A DNA stretch of 64,000 nt from Alphaproteobacteria bacterium (GCA_047635695.1 JBLILN010000007.1:23733-87732), one strand, 5' to 3'. Shown: positions 18,258 to 28,778, counted from the stretch's first letter. Numbers and translations: made by a program. The notes: generated from the letters alone by a model not told the origin.

Positions 18258-18303
18258 AGTTTTTCCTTTATTTGAGTTATTAAATTATTTCACTTGCGCC
18301 TAA

Positions 18304-18318
18304 AGTACAAGTTGTACT
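18304..18318. promoter_or_regulatory. perfect palindrome AGTACAA-g-TTGTACT in the lptF<>pepA divergent promoter region
   Basis: 7-bp arms, 1-nt spacer. Confidence 0.25.
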
Positions 18319-18504
18319 TGTCGACTTATAAAAATAACCTTCTAATCCCAAAGCACAGCCTAGAACTGTTTAAAATAAAAAATGATTCTAAACTCTAAAC
18401 TGTATATTAATTCTCTTATGACCAATTCATTCCTTGAATAGATGCACTAGACGTTATATCCTTATTCGGTTCGAAAAACAATAAAAACAAAAAGGAATGA
18501 CGTC

Positions 18505-19986
18505 GTGGTTAAAGTATCTGCAAGCCCTATCAGCATAGAAAAATTAAAAAACACAGTTGTATTATTTGCAACAAAAGATTCTACACTTGGAACACAAGGG
18601 AAAGCATTTGATAAACTTTATGGCGGCATTGTTGCTAAAGCACTAAAGGCATCACGCTTTACAGGCGCAAAAGAATCGACTTATGCCTTCGCCACACCGC
18701 ACCTCGAAAATGTTGCTCACATTATCATTGCAGGCCTTGGTTCTGAAAAGAACATAAACGCAAACACATGGCGCCGTACGTCAATTAAAGCAGCGCAACG
18801 TGCAGAAGCACTGGGCTCAAAAGAAGCTCAATTTGTTATAGAGAATATAAAGGATGACAAAACAAACGCCGATACGATTGCTGTCGCTGTATATGAAGGT
18901 GTTCAGTTAGCGTCATACAAGTTTGACCGTTTTAAAACAGGCCAAAAGGCACATCAAAAAACAAGCCTGCAAAAAGTTGTTGTTCAAATGAAGGACGAGA
19001 AAGCCTTTAAGAAAGAAATTACTTTACTCGACGCACAAACAGAAGGCGCTGACCTTGCCCGTGACCTTGTGAACTTGCCACCTAACATTGCCAACCCTGA
19101 TTTAATGGCACAAACAGCAAAAACGCTGACAAAAGACGGCGTTAAAGTTAAAATTATTGGCGAAAAAGAAATGGAAAAGCTTGGCCTTAACTTACTTTTA
19201 GCTGTTGGCCGTGCGTCAACACAAGAATCACGTTTAATTGTTATGAAGTATAACGGTGATAAAAAATCTAAAGACTACAAATGTATGGTCGGTAAAGGTG
19301 TAATGTTCGACACGGGTGGTTACAACCTTAAACCGGGTGCAGGTATGGCACAAATGAAGGCTGATATGGCGGGTTCTGCTGCTGTGATGGGTGCTATGAA
19401 GGCACTTGCAAAACGCAAAGCCAACGTTAACGTTATTGCCGTTTGTGGTTGTGTTGTGAACATGGTGGGCGGCAATGGCTTCCTACCTTCAGATATTCTC
19501 ACGTCTTACAGCGGTAAAACAGTAGAAATTGGTAACACCGACGCTGAAGGCCGTTTGGTATTGGCTGACGCGATGGCTTACATCATCGACAAGGAAAAAC
19601 CAACAGAAATTATCGACGTTGCCACATTAACAGGCGCTTGTATGGTTGCTTTAGGTGGCCACTATGGTGGTTTGTTTAGTAACTGCGACACCATGTCTAA
19701 AGGTTTACTCGCTTCTGGCGAAAACACAGGTGAACGCTTGTGGCGCTTACCAATCGACAGTGGCTACGGTGCTAAACCAAAACTAGCTGACCTTAATAAC
19801 GACGGTAACCCATACGGTGGCGCTTCAACAGCCGCTGTATTCCTCAAGCAGTTTGTCGGTGATACACCATGGGCACACCTTGATATTGCGGGTGTGGGTA
19901 TTGGTGATAAAATCCCTGGTACATCACCTGTTGCAGGGGCGTCAGGCTTCGGTGCTAGGCTTTTGGTGAATTACTTCGAAAGCTAA
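18505..19986 (+). CDS. pepA: leucyl aminopeptidase (M17)
   Basis: NTDAEGRL motif and M17 catalytic domain; GTG start with AAAGGAA RBS. Confidence 0.9.
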   Translation: MVKVSASPISIEKLKNTVVLFATKDSTLGTQGKAFDKLYGGIVAKALKASRFTGAKESTYAFATPHLENVAHIIIAGLGSEKNINANTWRRTSIKAAQRAEALGSKEAQFVIENIKDDKTNADTIAVAVYEGVQLASYKFDRFKTGQKAHQKTSLQKVVVQMKDEKAFKKEITLLDAQTEGADLARDLVNLPPNIANPDLMAQTAKTLTKDGVKVKIIGEKEMEKLGLNLLLAVGRASTQESRLIVMKYNGDKKSKDYKCMVGKGVMFDTGGYNLKPGAGMAQMKADMAGSAAVMGAMKALAKRKANVNVIAVCGCVVNMVGGNGFLPSDILTSYSGKTVEIGNTDAEGRLVLADAMAYIIDKEKPTEIIDVATLTGACMVALGGHYGGLFSNCDTMSKGLLASGENTGERLWRLPIDSGYGAKPKLADLNNDGNPYGGASTAAVFLKQFVGDTPWAHLDIAGVGIGDKIPGTSPVAGASGFGARLLVNYFES

Positions 19987-20006
19987 GCGTAAAACTTTAT
20001 AAAACT

Positions 20007-20036
20007 AAAAAAGGCACCATGAGGTGCCTTTTTTAC
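20007..20036 (+). terminator. terminator after pepA (GGCACC-ATGA-GGTGCC + T6)
   Basis: Hairpin plus T-run. Confidence 0.6.
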
Positions 20037-20118
20037 TAAGCGCACTTGTAATACGGTTAATAGGTGCCTATAACAAAGATGAAGTATACATTTTTCTTAC
20101 CGTTTATGGAGGTGGCTT

Positions 20119-20682
20119 ATGCCCCGTATAAAACCCCCTTTTGAATTATTAAAAAATCAAATCTTGGCATTGGGCGTTAGCGACTCACTTGTTTACAGCC
20201 TTATTGCATCAAGGTGCCTGTATCATGCTTTATCAAATACTGATGAAGTGAAAAAGTTAACATTTAACCGACAAGAAGAAGGGAAATGTGTTGATATCTA
20301 TCTTAAAATAGACGAATTTCCAGGTGACGATGTACTTTTAGAAGATATACAATGCAGTTTTAAGCCTGATCAAGCTTTTAAAATGCTTATGTCATTTTAT
20401 ATCGAAGACATAGATGTAAAAAATCTTTATGACTTTTGTTATTATGACGATTATGCAGGTGAATTTGAACAAAGAAAAGGTTCTCATTCATTGCCAACCA
20501 ACGGCTTTATGAAGCTAGATTTACTGTTACTGCAAAGTTTTTCTAATCATCAACGTGTACCAGAAGTTGAATTGACCGATGATGAGCATGCTTATTTAAA
20601 TAAACTAAAAACGATTGAGTTTGAGCCTGAAACTACACTTATAATGGAAAGTATAGACGTATATCTTTCAAGCTTACGTTAA
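20119..20682 (+). CDS. hypothetical protein (ORFan inserted between pepA and holC)
   Basis: GGAGGTG RBS before the ATG; own terminator at 20707..20737; no family recognised. Confidence 0.45.
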   Translation: MPRIKPPFELLKNQILALGVSDSLVYSLIASRCLYHALSNTDEVKKLTFNRQEEGKCVDIYLKIDEFPGDDVLLEDIQCSFKPDQAFKMLMSFYIEDIDVKNLYDFCYYDDYAGEFEQRKGSHSLPTNGFMKLDLLLLQSFSNHQRVPEVELTDDEHAYLNKLKTIEFEPETTLIMESIDVYLSSLR

Positions 20683-20706
20683 AGACTCATCTAGCAAAAA
20701 CAAAAA

Positions 20707-20737
20707 AACACCTTTCAATTGAAGGGTGTTTTTTTTA
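20707..20737 (+). terminator. terminator (AACACCCTT-tcaattga-AGGGTGTT + T8)
   Basis: Hairpin plus T-run. Confidence 0.6.
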
Positions 20738-20851
20738 ATATTATAATGGTGCTTTCACGTGAAGTTTCTCGTAAAAGTATCGGTTTTTATACTGCTTTAT
20801 CTTTCATGTCAAATTTGCTATATATGAAGGATATAAAAACGAGGAGTGACC

Positions 20852-21304
20852 ATGACTGAAGTTTCATTTTACCAAGTAATGGATAGCACGCCTGCATCGG
20901 TGGACGCCACTTTGCCGTCTCTCTTAAATAAAGTCTTAAAAACGGGCAAGAACGTCATTGTAAAATGCACCAATGCCGACCGTATGGAACGCTTAGACGA
21001 TTCATTATGGTCGTTTAAAGCCGACAGCTTTATGGCGCACGGCACCGAAAATGACGACTTTGAGGCAAAACAGCCGATATATCTCACAACAGGGGACGAA
21101 AACCCAAACGGCGCCGACATTCTTATATTGCTCAGCGGCGCAAGCGCTGACGACTTTTCTTCCTACGACCGTGTACTCGACATGTTTGAAGCGTCCGACG
21201 TGCAAAAAACAAACGCCCGCAAACGCTGGAAAGACCTAGCTGACAAAGGCTACCCACTACAATACTTCGCCTTTGAAGACGGTAAATGGGGCAAAAAAGC
21301 TTAA
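20852..21304 (+). CDS. holC: DNA polymerase III chi subunit
   Basis: ~150-aa chi-family pattern (MTEVSFYQV...); conserved linkage to pepA; GAGGAG RBS 5 nt before the ATG at 20852. Confidence 0.7.
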   Translation: MTEVSFYQVMDSTPASVDATLPSLLNKVLKTGKNVIVKCTNADRMERLDDSLWSFKADSFMAHGTENDDFEAKQPIYLTTGDENPNGADILILLSGASADDFSSYDRVLDMFEASDVQKTNARKRWKDLADKGYPLQYFAFEDGKWGKKA

Positions 21305-21377
21305 TCTAAGCAGTTTTTGTTGTGCATGCCTTGTAAAATCATAAACTATTTCTTATAACTAACTTAACAATACAATT

Positions 21378-21402
21378 GGCCCTTACGGGCTTTCCCTTTT
21401 TT
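21378..21402 (+). terminator. terminator after holC (GGCCC-TTAC-GGGC + T-rich)
   Basis: Hairpin plus T-run. Confidence 0.5.
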
Positions 21403-21420
21403 CCTCTAAGGAGGTAGCAA

Positions 21421-21843
21421 ATGGTTACGCCAAACGTGTGTTTACGTATTATAAACCCTAATTTTATAAATATCAAAAAAATGAATGACTACATTGTGAG
21501 TGCTTTGACATCTATCAATGCACAAAGAGCTGGTATAAATTATATAACATATAAGCAAATTATGCGTTCTTTTATAATACTGCAAAGCTATGTAAAAAAA
21601 ACAAGAGCGCTTGAATCAGCATTGCATCTGAAAATTGCATCGACAGGGAAAGAGTTAACAAGTTTTTCCTATAATGAACTTCAAGAATTAAACCCACTTG
21701 TGAAAAAAAGCCTTTTTTTGCAAGGCAAGTTAGAAATGGCTATCGCTCAACTACCTTGGAAATTTAATACAGAATTAATAGATGGATGTATTGGTAAGTT
21801 CATTATTTTTAATGATAAACAAAGGTTTGAACTCACATTATAG
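21421..21843 (+). CDS. hypothetical protein (ORFan)
   Basis: Strong AAGGAGG RBS immediately upstream; followed by a bidirectional terminator. Confidence 0.4.
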   Translation: MVTPNVCLRIINPNFINIKKMNDYIVSALTSINAQRAGINYITYKQIMRSFIILQSYVKKTRALESALHLKIASTGKELTSFSYNELQELNPLVKKSLFLQGKLEMAIAQLPWKFNTELIDGCIGKFIIFNDKQRFELTL

Positions 21844-21849
21844 CGACAC

Positions 21850-21880
21850 AAAAAAGGCCTCCCTTAGGAGGCTTTTTTTT
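21850..21880. terminator. bidirectional terminator (A6-GGCCTCC-ctta-GGAGGCC-T8) between 21421 gene and hldE-like gene
   Basis: Perfect 7-bp stem flanked by A- and T-runs. Confidence 0.6.
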
Positions 21881-21895
21881 GTGTCTTAAACTTAA

Positions 21896-22411
21896 TTAAA
21901 CAGCTTTTTCAGACGCTTCTATTTCAAGCTTTTTTTGAACACTTGCCAGCCAAGATGTTGTTGAACAACCTTCAACAAACGGTATGCTATGGGCGGCACC
22001 GCCGTAAGCCATCACAAAATCACTGCCAACAATTTCGGCTATGCTGTAGTCACCACCTTTTACAATAACATCGGGGCGTAAAATTTGTAAAATTTCCATC
22101 GGTGTGTCTTCGTTAAATTGCGTAACATAGTCAACACTTCTAAGGCCTGCCATGTGAAAGGCTCTATCATTTATGTTGTTAAAAGGACGTGCTGAACCTT
22201 TACCTAGACGTTTCACAGACGCGTCGGTGTTTAAGGCAACCACTAAAATATCACCATATAATTTACTTTTTTCCATATAGTCAATGTGACCACGGTGCAA
22301 AATGTCAAAACACCCATTGGTGAAAACAACTTTTTTGCCCTTCGCCTTTTCAGCATCTAAAATTTCTTTTAATGCGTAACGGTCTAAAATAATACGGTCT
22401 GCGCTCTTCAT
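21896..22411 (-). CDS. hldE: D-glycero-beta-D-manno-heptose 1-phosphate adenylyltransferase (RfaE/HldE domain II, cytidylyltransferase-like)
   Basis: FTNGCFDILHRGH nucleotidyltransferase motif; start trimmed to MKSADRII, which has an AAAGGTGA RBS. Confidence 0.7.
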   Translation of the reverse strand: MKSADRIILDRYALKEILDAEKAKGKKVVFTNGCFDILHRGHIDYMEKSKLYGDILVVALNTDASVKRLGKGSARPFNNINDRAFHMAGLRSVDYVTQFNEDTPMEILQILRPDVIVKGGDYSIAEIVGSDFVMAYGGAAHSIPFVEGCSTTSWLASVQKKLEIEASEKAV

Positions 22412-22602
22412 AAGTTCACCTTTGTTCATAAGAATTATGTGTATTGTATTTAAAGTGGGCATTAAATCAATAAATTTCAGCATTTTTCGTGAAAAACATG
22501 GAAAAAACCGCTACAAAGTGTTAAAAATGATAACCGTTTATGTTTAGCTTTGGCTACTTCATGAAACCGAATAAAATAAATAAAATAAAAAAGGCGAGCC
22601 TT

Positions 22603-25245
22603 ATGTTAACTGGTAACGATATCCGCGCAAAATTTTTAAACTTCTTTGAAAGCAAAGGGCACACCATTGTCGCCTCAAGCTCTTTGGTGCCCGACAATGA
22701 CCCAACATTGATGTTTGTTAACGCCGGTATGAACCAGTTTAAAAATGTTTTTACAGGCTCTGATAAGCGTGACTATACCCGTGCCACATCGTCACAGCGT
22801 TGCGTGCGTGCAGGCGGTAAACATAATGACCTTGAAAATGTGGGTCACACAGCAAGGCACCATACGTTCTTTGAAATGCTTGGTAACTTCTCCTTTGGTG
22901 ACTACTTTAAAGAAGAGGCGATTCCATTTGCTTGGGAATTTTTAACATCAAAAGATTATATCGGTCTCGACGCTTCAAAGCTTTATGTCACGGTTTACCA
23001 CACCGATGACGAAGCCTACGACATTTGGCATAAAAAAGTTGGTTTGCCAGAAGACCGCATCATTCGCATTTCAACCAATGACAACTATTGGTCAATGGGT
23101 GACACAGGCCCATGTGGCCCATGCACCGAAATTTTTTACGACCATGGCGCCCACATTGAAGGTGGCCTGCCAGGAACACCGGAAGAAGACGGTGACCGTT
23201 TTATCGAAATTTGGAACGTGGTTTTCATGCAGTTCGAAAAATTTGCTGACGGCACTAAAATTCCACTACCAAAAACAGGTGTGGACACGGGTTGCGGGCT
23301 AGAACGCCTCACAGCCGTGCTTCAGCACCAAAATAACAACTACGACATTGACATGTTCCAACATATTATCCAAAAAGCTTCAGCACTGAGCGGTGTTGAA
23401 TATGGCAAAGATGAAGACCAAACAACTTCATTGCGTGTATTGGCCGACCATATCCGTTGTGCGTCATTCCTCCTTGTGGACGGCGTGATGCCAAGTAATG
23501 AAGGCCGTGGTTACGTTTTGCGCCGCATTATGCGCCGTGCTATGCGCCACATTAACCTGCTTGGTATAAACGAACCATTTTTATATAAATTGGTTACGCC
23601 GCTTTGCGAAGTGATGGGCGAACAATATCCAGAACTCACACGTGCCAAAAGCATGATAGAAGACGTGATTAAAACCGAAGAAGAACGTTTTATTAAAACG
23701 CTCAACAAGGGTATGAAACTGCTTGAAGCTGAAGTTTCTACCATGGCTAAAACTGATAAATTTAAAGGTGATATTGCCTTTAAATTATACGATACGTTTG
23801 GTTTCCCGCTTGACCTCACGCAAGACGCTTTGCTTTCTCGTGGTATTGCCGTAGACGTGCAAGGTTACGAATCATGTATGGCAATACAGCGTGATAAAGC
23901 ACGCGCAGCTGGCATGGGCGGTACTGGGCAATCGAAAATGGCGGATATTTGGTTCGACATACGTGAGGCCGTACCTGCGACTGAATTCCTCGGCTACGAC
24001 CACATCAAAGCCGAAGGGCAAATTGTTGCGCTTGTTATGGATGACGCTAAAGTTGATAACCTGAAAAAAGGCGACAAAGCTGTTGTTGTGACAAACCAAA
24101 CGCCTTTCTACGCTGAAAGCGGCGGCCAAGTGGGTGACAAAGGTTTTATTAAAACATCAAGCGGTCTCGCACAAGTTATCGACACTAAAAAGGTACTTGA
24201 TGGTGCCTTGTTCCAACATATTGTTGAAGTGACAGAAGGCGAAATTTCAATAGAACAAACAGCCGAACTTATTGTTGACGAAAGTAACCGAAGCGCCATT
24301 ATTAAAAACCACTCATGCACACACTTGATGCATAAAGTATTAAGCGACGTATTGGGTGACCATGTCTTCCAAAAAGGTTCAGTGGTCGACGAAAACCGCC
24401 TGCGTTTTGACTTCTCGCAACCTAAAGCCATGACGGTGAATGAACTGGAAATGAGCGAAAAACAGGTCAATGCCATGATATGGGAAAACACAGAAGTTAT
24501 CACACGTTTAATGGATAAAGAAGCCGCTGTTGAAGCGGGCGCCATGGCCTTATTTGGCGAAAAATACGACAGCGAAGTACGTGTTGTTTCCATGGGCGAC
24601 AATATAAAATCGGTTGAACTTTGTGGCGGTGTGCATGTTAAACGCACTGGCGACATTGGCCTGTTTAAAATTGTTTCTGATAGTTCTGTCAGTGCGGGTG
24701 TACGCCGTATTGAAGCGGTAACAGGTGAAAAAGCTTTTGAATATTTAAGTGCGCAGGACACTACCGTTAAACGTATCGCCTCACTCACAAAAGTGAAGGG
24801 CAGCGAAGTGGAAACACGTATTGTAGCCATGCAAACTGAAATTAAAAAGCTTAAAAATGACGTTAAAAACGCACAAAAAGGTGGTGGCAATAGCAGTCAA
24901 TCTCCAGCGGAGTTGGCACAAAATGCAGAAACCATTAACGACGTTAAGTTCGTCTCTCTTGCCCTTGAAGGTGTCGAAGCAGGCGTTCTGCGTGAAATGA
25001 TTGACGACATTAAAAACGCACTCGGCACAGGTGTGGTTATTTTGGCTTCCAATAATGGTGAAAAATCATCGATTGTTTGTGGTGTCACAAAAGACCTTAT
25101 TGGTCAACATAAAGCAGGCGACATTGTCGCTGCCGCAGCGGCAACGCTTGGCGGTAAAGGTGGTGGACGCCCTGATATGGCCATGGCTGGAGGACGTTCT
25201 GGTGATTTACAGGCGGCTCTTGCTGCCGCAAAAGCGACCCTTTAA
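22603..25245 (+). CDS. alaS: alanine--tRNA ligase
   Basis: Class II AlaRS catalytic, editing (HxxxH/CxxxH) and C-Ala domains. Start is placed at MLTGNDIRAKFLNFF, which matches the canonical AlaRS N-terminus. Confidence 0.9.
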   Translation: MLTGNDIRAKFLNFFESKGHTIVASSSLVPDNDPTLMFVNAGMNQFKNVFTGSDKRDYTRATSSQRCVRAGGKHNDLENVGHTARHHTFFEMLGNFSFGDYFKEEAIPFAWEFLTSKDYIGLDASKLYVTVYHTDDEAYDIWHKKVGLPEDRIIRISTNDNYWSMGDTGPCGPCTEIFYDHGAHIEGGLPGTPEEDGDRFIEIWNVVFMQFEKFADGTKIPLPKTGVDTGCGLERLTAVLQHQNNNYDIDMFQHIIQKASALSGVEYGKDEDQTTSLRVLADHIRCASFLLVDGVMPSNEGRGYVLRRIMRRAMRHINLLGINEPFLYKLVTPLCEVMGEQYPELTRAKSMIEDVIKTEEERFIKTLNKGMKLLEAEVSTMAKTDKFKGDIAFKLYDTFGFPLDLTQDALLSRGIAVDVQGYESCMAIQRDKARAAGMGGTGQSKMADIWFDIREAVPATEFLGYDHIKAEGQIVALVMDDAKVDNLKKGDKAVVVTNQTPFYAESGGQVGDKGFIKTSSGLAQVIDTKKVLDGALFQHIVEVTEGEISIEQTAELIVDESNRSAIIKNHSCTHLMHKVLSDVLGDHVFQKGSVVDENRLRFDFSQPKAMTVNELEMSEKQVNAMIWENTEVITRLMDKEAAVEAGAMALFGEKYDSEVRVVSMGDNIKSVELCGGVHVKRTGDIGLFKIVSDSSVSAGVRRIEAVTGEKAFEYLSAQDTTVKRIASLTKVKGSEVETRIVAMQTEIKKLKNDVKNAQKGGGNSSQSPAELAQNAETINDVKFVSLALEGVEAGVLREMIDDIKNALGTGVVILASNNGEKSSIVCGVTKDLIGQHKAGDIVAAAAATLGGKGGGRPDMAMAGGRSGDLQAALAAAKATL

Positions 25246-25252
25246 ATATTTA

Positions 25253-25288
25253 GGGGAAGGGCGCCTTCGGGCGTCCTTTTTCGTTTTA
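25253..25288 (+). terminator. terminator after alaS (GGGCGCC-ttcg-GGCGTCC + T-rich)
   Basis: Hairpin plus T-run. Confidence 0.6.
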
Positions 25289-25291
25289 ACG

Positions 25292-25384
25292 AAATGTCAT
25301 TGCCTGCGTGGCAATTGCCATTTGTCTCACCATAAAATTACATCCTGAATTCAGCCTTCCTAACGGTGCATCTATGGATGATGT
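25292..25384 (+). repeat. dispersed ~90-nt repeat, family 1 copy B (ATGTCATTGCC-tgcgt-GGCAA ... TAACGGTGCATC)
   Basis: Alignable over ~90 nt with copy A (1561..1649); the 5' half also aligns with copy C (40273..40340). Confidence 0.6.
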
Positions 25385-25468
25385 AACAAATAAAAAGCCC
25401 CCAAATTGAGGGCTTTATCTCGAGAGTATAGGCTATTTGTCTAAAGTTATTTTTTTTTGTTAAATGGC

Positions 25469-25954
25469 TTACGTTACATTTGATAATACAAAGTTTAGTA
25501 AAGGTAAGTATCTAAATTGATCACGTAGCAATGGCTCGTAATCCATACATAAGCGATTACGTAACAAATAAATAAATTTCATTCTATCTGTAGCAATGCT
25601 GTACCTTTTACCCAAATATTCTATTTTAATGTCACGTGCATTAAGTAATGTTTTGTAAAGATCTTCTTGTAACAAAGAGGCATCGCTACTCATGGTGTGA
25701 TATTGCCCAAAGTCAATAATGATCGTTGATTGCTCTGCGTGAGACACAGCACTTTCAATAGATTCATCCTTGCAGATTTGAGATAAAATATAATGTCTAA
25801 GGACATCGCATAGTTTTGTCCCAGACTTTGTTTTAGGAGTACAATAGTCCATACAAAGAACAGATGTATTCTCTTTGCCATAACGTTCAGTTAGTTCATG
25901 AACTGTGTCCCGAGTTTTATCTTGTTGTTTAATATATAATTCATGTTGTGGCAT
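25469..25954 (-). CDS. hypothetical protein (ORFan)
   Basis: ORF only. Confidence 0.35.
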   Translation of the reverse strand: MPQHELYIKQQDKTRDTVHELTERYGKENTSVLCMDYCTPKTKSGTKLCDVLRHYILSQICKDESIESAVSHAEQSTIIIDFGQYHTMSSDASLLQEDLYKTLLNARDIKIEYLGKRYSIATDRMKFIYLLRNRLCMDYEPLLRDQFRYLPLLNFVLSNVT

Positions 25955-26175
25955 AAAAAAGAGTTGCGCACGAAAAGTGCAAAATAAGCATGTAAAATGC
26001 TTGTAAATGATTTAGATATTTCAAATTCTACTCTAGATATGGGTGAGGGTGGCTGATATTTCAAGTATTTTAGGCGCCTGTTCACAAAAAAGGCGCATTT
26101 TTTTATTTTAGGGGCTATAACGTGGTACGTTTATTGCTATAATAACTTTAATAAATATAAAAAAATAAGGCCGTT

Positions 26176-28302
26176 TTGTTGAAAAAATTTATTGTAAGCG
26201 TTTTATGCATCAGCCATTTGCTGGCTTCACCTGCTTTGGCACAAGGCGTTTTTAGCGATGCTTTAAATCAAATCGATGCTATAGAATCACCAAAATTATC
26301 GGTTAAACTTGCCGCTCCAACAACAAACACTGTTAACAAAATATTATCAGAAAATAACCCACTGTTTAATGCGCCCGCTATTTTTTCTGAGGACAGTATT
26401 GTTTCGCCTGTTTATGACGAGAACGGTATGGTTTCAACAGGGTCTGACATTGCGACAAATATTGCTGTTGAAGTTTTAAACCGTGGTGGTAACGCCATCG
26501 ACGCCGCTATTGCGACAGCCTTTACAATGTCGGTTACCATGCCACGTGCAGGTAATATTGGTGGTGGGGGCTTTATGCTTGTGCACCATGCCAAAACAAA
26601 AGAAACAAGGGCAATTGACTACCGTGAAATGGCGCCTAAGGCCGCCACAGCCGACATGTATTTAGACCAAAATGGTAACGTTGATAAAAACTTAGCGCGC
26701 CACAGCTTCTTAAGTGCAGGTGTTCCAGGAACCGTGAAGGGCATGGAATTGGCTTATCGCCTTTATGCCAGTATGGACTGGGAAGAATTATTACAGCCAG
26801 CTATTCACTTGGCAGACCAAGGTTTTGTGGTTGATAAGCCGCTGTCAAATTCTTTAAAAAAAGGGCGTAAACACCTTGAAAAATCTTTAGAATCCACAGC
26901 TGTTTTTTATAAAAAAGACGGTTATTACGAAGCCGGAGAAATGCTCAAACAAGCAGACCTTGCACGCACGCTTAAAATTATATCGCAAGAAGGTGCCGAC
27001 GCTTTTTATACAGGTGACATAGCCGATAAAATTGTGCAGTCAATGGAAGTGCATGGTGGCATAATCACCAAGGAAGACTTGGCCAATTATAAAGCGCTAC
27101 TACGTGAACCTGTGAGCGGTTATTACAAAGGCTATAAAGTTGTTTCCATGCCACCACCCAGCAGTGGCGGTGTGCACCTTATTCAAATGTTAAAAATACT
27201 CGATAATTTTGACCTCAGCGCATGGGGCTTTGGTAGCGCCAAAACAATACATGCTATGGCAGAGGTGATGCGCTTGGCTTACGCTGACCGTAGTAAGTAT
27301 TTAGGTGACCCTGACTTTGTGTCTGTGCCTGTTAGGTCTATTATGTCCGATCTTTATGCCGATCGTTTGAGCAAAAGTATTTCTATGGGGTCGGCGACAC
27401 CGTCTGAACTGATAGAACCTGCTAAATTTATGCCGAAAGAAAGCCCACAAACAACACACTTTACTATTGTGGATAAATGGGGAAACGTGGTGACAAATAC
27501 TTATACTCTAAACTTTAGCTATGGCAGCGGCCACATGGTTGCTGGCACAGGCATGCTTCTCAATAATGAAATGGACGATTTTGCCGCCAAGGTAGGTGCT
27601 AAAAACGCTTATGGTCTTATTGGTGGTGCGTATAATAAAATTGAGCCTGAAAAACGCCCGTTAAGTTCCATGACACCCACCATTGTTTTTGACAAAAAGG
27701 GTAGTTTTTATATGAGCTTGGGTAGTCCTGGCGGTAGCCGTATTATAACTACTGTTTTACAGGTTATTTTAAATGTTATTGACCATAAAATGAACATTGC
27801 AGAAGCCGTAACAGCCGCGCGTATGCACCACCAATGGTACCCCGATGAAATACGTGTGGAAAAAGGTTTTAGCCCCGATACAATTGCATTGTTGCAAGCC
27901 AAAGGACATGTAATTTCTCAACAAAGCCCCATGGGTGCTGTGATGGCCGTGATGAAAACTGAAAATGGTTATGCCGGCTTTAGCGACACAAGGCGTGGTA
28001 GCTCCCTTGCTAAAGGTGGCGCAAGCCCGCATGAAATTGACGCATCCCAAAACTTTAACCCCTTATTGTTAGAGCTTATTGAAGAGCAAGTCGTAGAATT
28101 GAATGTGCAAAAGGCAGTAAAAGCTAAAGTTAAAGTTAAAGCGGTAGAAGAAGAGGCGGCGCCTTTAGATCAGGTAAATAAACAACCTGAACCAGTGAAA
28201 TTAAAAGAAAATACCGACAAGAAACGCATTATTTCTACACCTTTTAAAGCCATGATGACACCCATCAGCGAAAAAGCAGATATAAAAAATAGCCCTCTAT
28301 AA
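26176..28302 (+). CDS. ggt: gamma-glutamyltransferase with ~100-aa Lys/Glu-rich C-terminal extension
   Basis: Signal peptide; catalytic Thr in PQTTHFTIVDKWGN; GGT family throughout; TTG start. Confidence 0.85.
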   Translation: MLKKFIVSVLCISHLLASPALAQGVFSDALNQIDAIESPKLSVKLAAPTTNTVNKILSENNPLFNAPAIFSEDSIVSPVYDENGMVSTGSDIATNIAVEVLNRGGNAIDAAIATAFTMSVTMPRAGNIGGGGFMLVHHAKTKETRAIDYREMAPKAATADMYLDQNGNVDKNLARHSFLSAGVPGTVKGMELAYRLYASMDWEELLQPAIHLADQGFVVDKPLSNSLKKGRKHLEKSLESTAVFYKKDGYYEAGEMLKQADLARTLKIISQEGADAFYTGDIADKIVQSMEVHGGIITKEDLANYKALLREPVSGYYKGYKVVSMPPPSSGGVHLIQMLKILDNFDLSAWGFGSAKTIHAMAEVMRLAYADRSKYLGDPDFVSVPVRSIMSDLYADRLSKSISMGSATPSELIEPAKFMPKESPQTTHFTIVDKWGNVVTNTYTLNFSYGSGHMVAGTGMLLNNEMDDFAAKVGAKNAYGLIGGAYNKIEPEKRPLSSMTPTIVFDKKGSFYMSLGSPGGSRIITTVLQVILNVIDHKMNIAEAVTAARMHHQWYPDEIRVEKGFSPDTIALLQAKGHVISQQSPMGAVMAVMKTENGYAGFSDTRRGSSLAKGGASPHEIDASQNFNPLLLELIEEQVVELNVQKAVKAKVKVKAVEEEAAPLDQVNKQPEPVKLKENTDKKRIISTPFKAMMTPISEKADIKNSPL

Positions 28303-28338
28303 CTATAGTTTGAGCTACTTTGTACTTCCTCGCGTGGT

Positions 28339-28557
28339 TTAAGTTAACAAAGTAATATCATTTGCCGTAGGTTTGCCTTTGCGTGGGTCAAGTGTAAGCG
28401 TGAAACTTACTTTTTGCCCCGGCTCAAGCTGTTCGTAACCTGCACGTTCGACGGCTGTGAGATGTACAAAAATATCCGCTGTGTTTTCGTTTTCGTCTGG
28501 TTCGATAAACCCATAACCCTTTTCGGAGCTAAACCATTTTACTGTACCCGTTGTCAT
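28339..28557 (-). CDS. cspA: cold-shock protein (CspA family)
   Basis: MTTGTVKWFSSEKGYGFIEPDE with RNP1/RNP2 motifs; start trimmed to the canonical MTTGTVKWF. Confidence 0.85.
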   Translation of the reverse strand: MTTGTVKWFSSEKGYGFIEPDENENTADIFVHLTAVERAGYEQLEPGQKVSFTLTLDPRKGKPTANDITLLT

Positions 28558-28778
28558 TATTTTGCCCTTTAATTTTTTAAAGTACAAACTATAGGCGATA
28601 AAAATACAAACTTCAAGTAAAAGTTGTTTTATTTCTATATAATACAGTGCATTGCTATTGTGTTTACAATACTATGTTTTTTATTAACAACTAAGGGTTG
28701 TCCGTTGTAAATGGTAGATTTTTCTCTTGTTTTGGTATAGTATGGCAGTCAATTTTAGCAATTTAATAAAGGGATATA

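Noticed and set aside
24108-24890. 260-aa ORF antisense inside alaS (and others at 23511..23819, 23872..24129, 24897..25088)
   Set aside because: Fully embedded in the opposite strand of a highly conserved gene; Ser/Thr/Ala-rich low-complexity translation typical of antisense frames.
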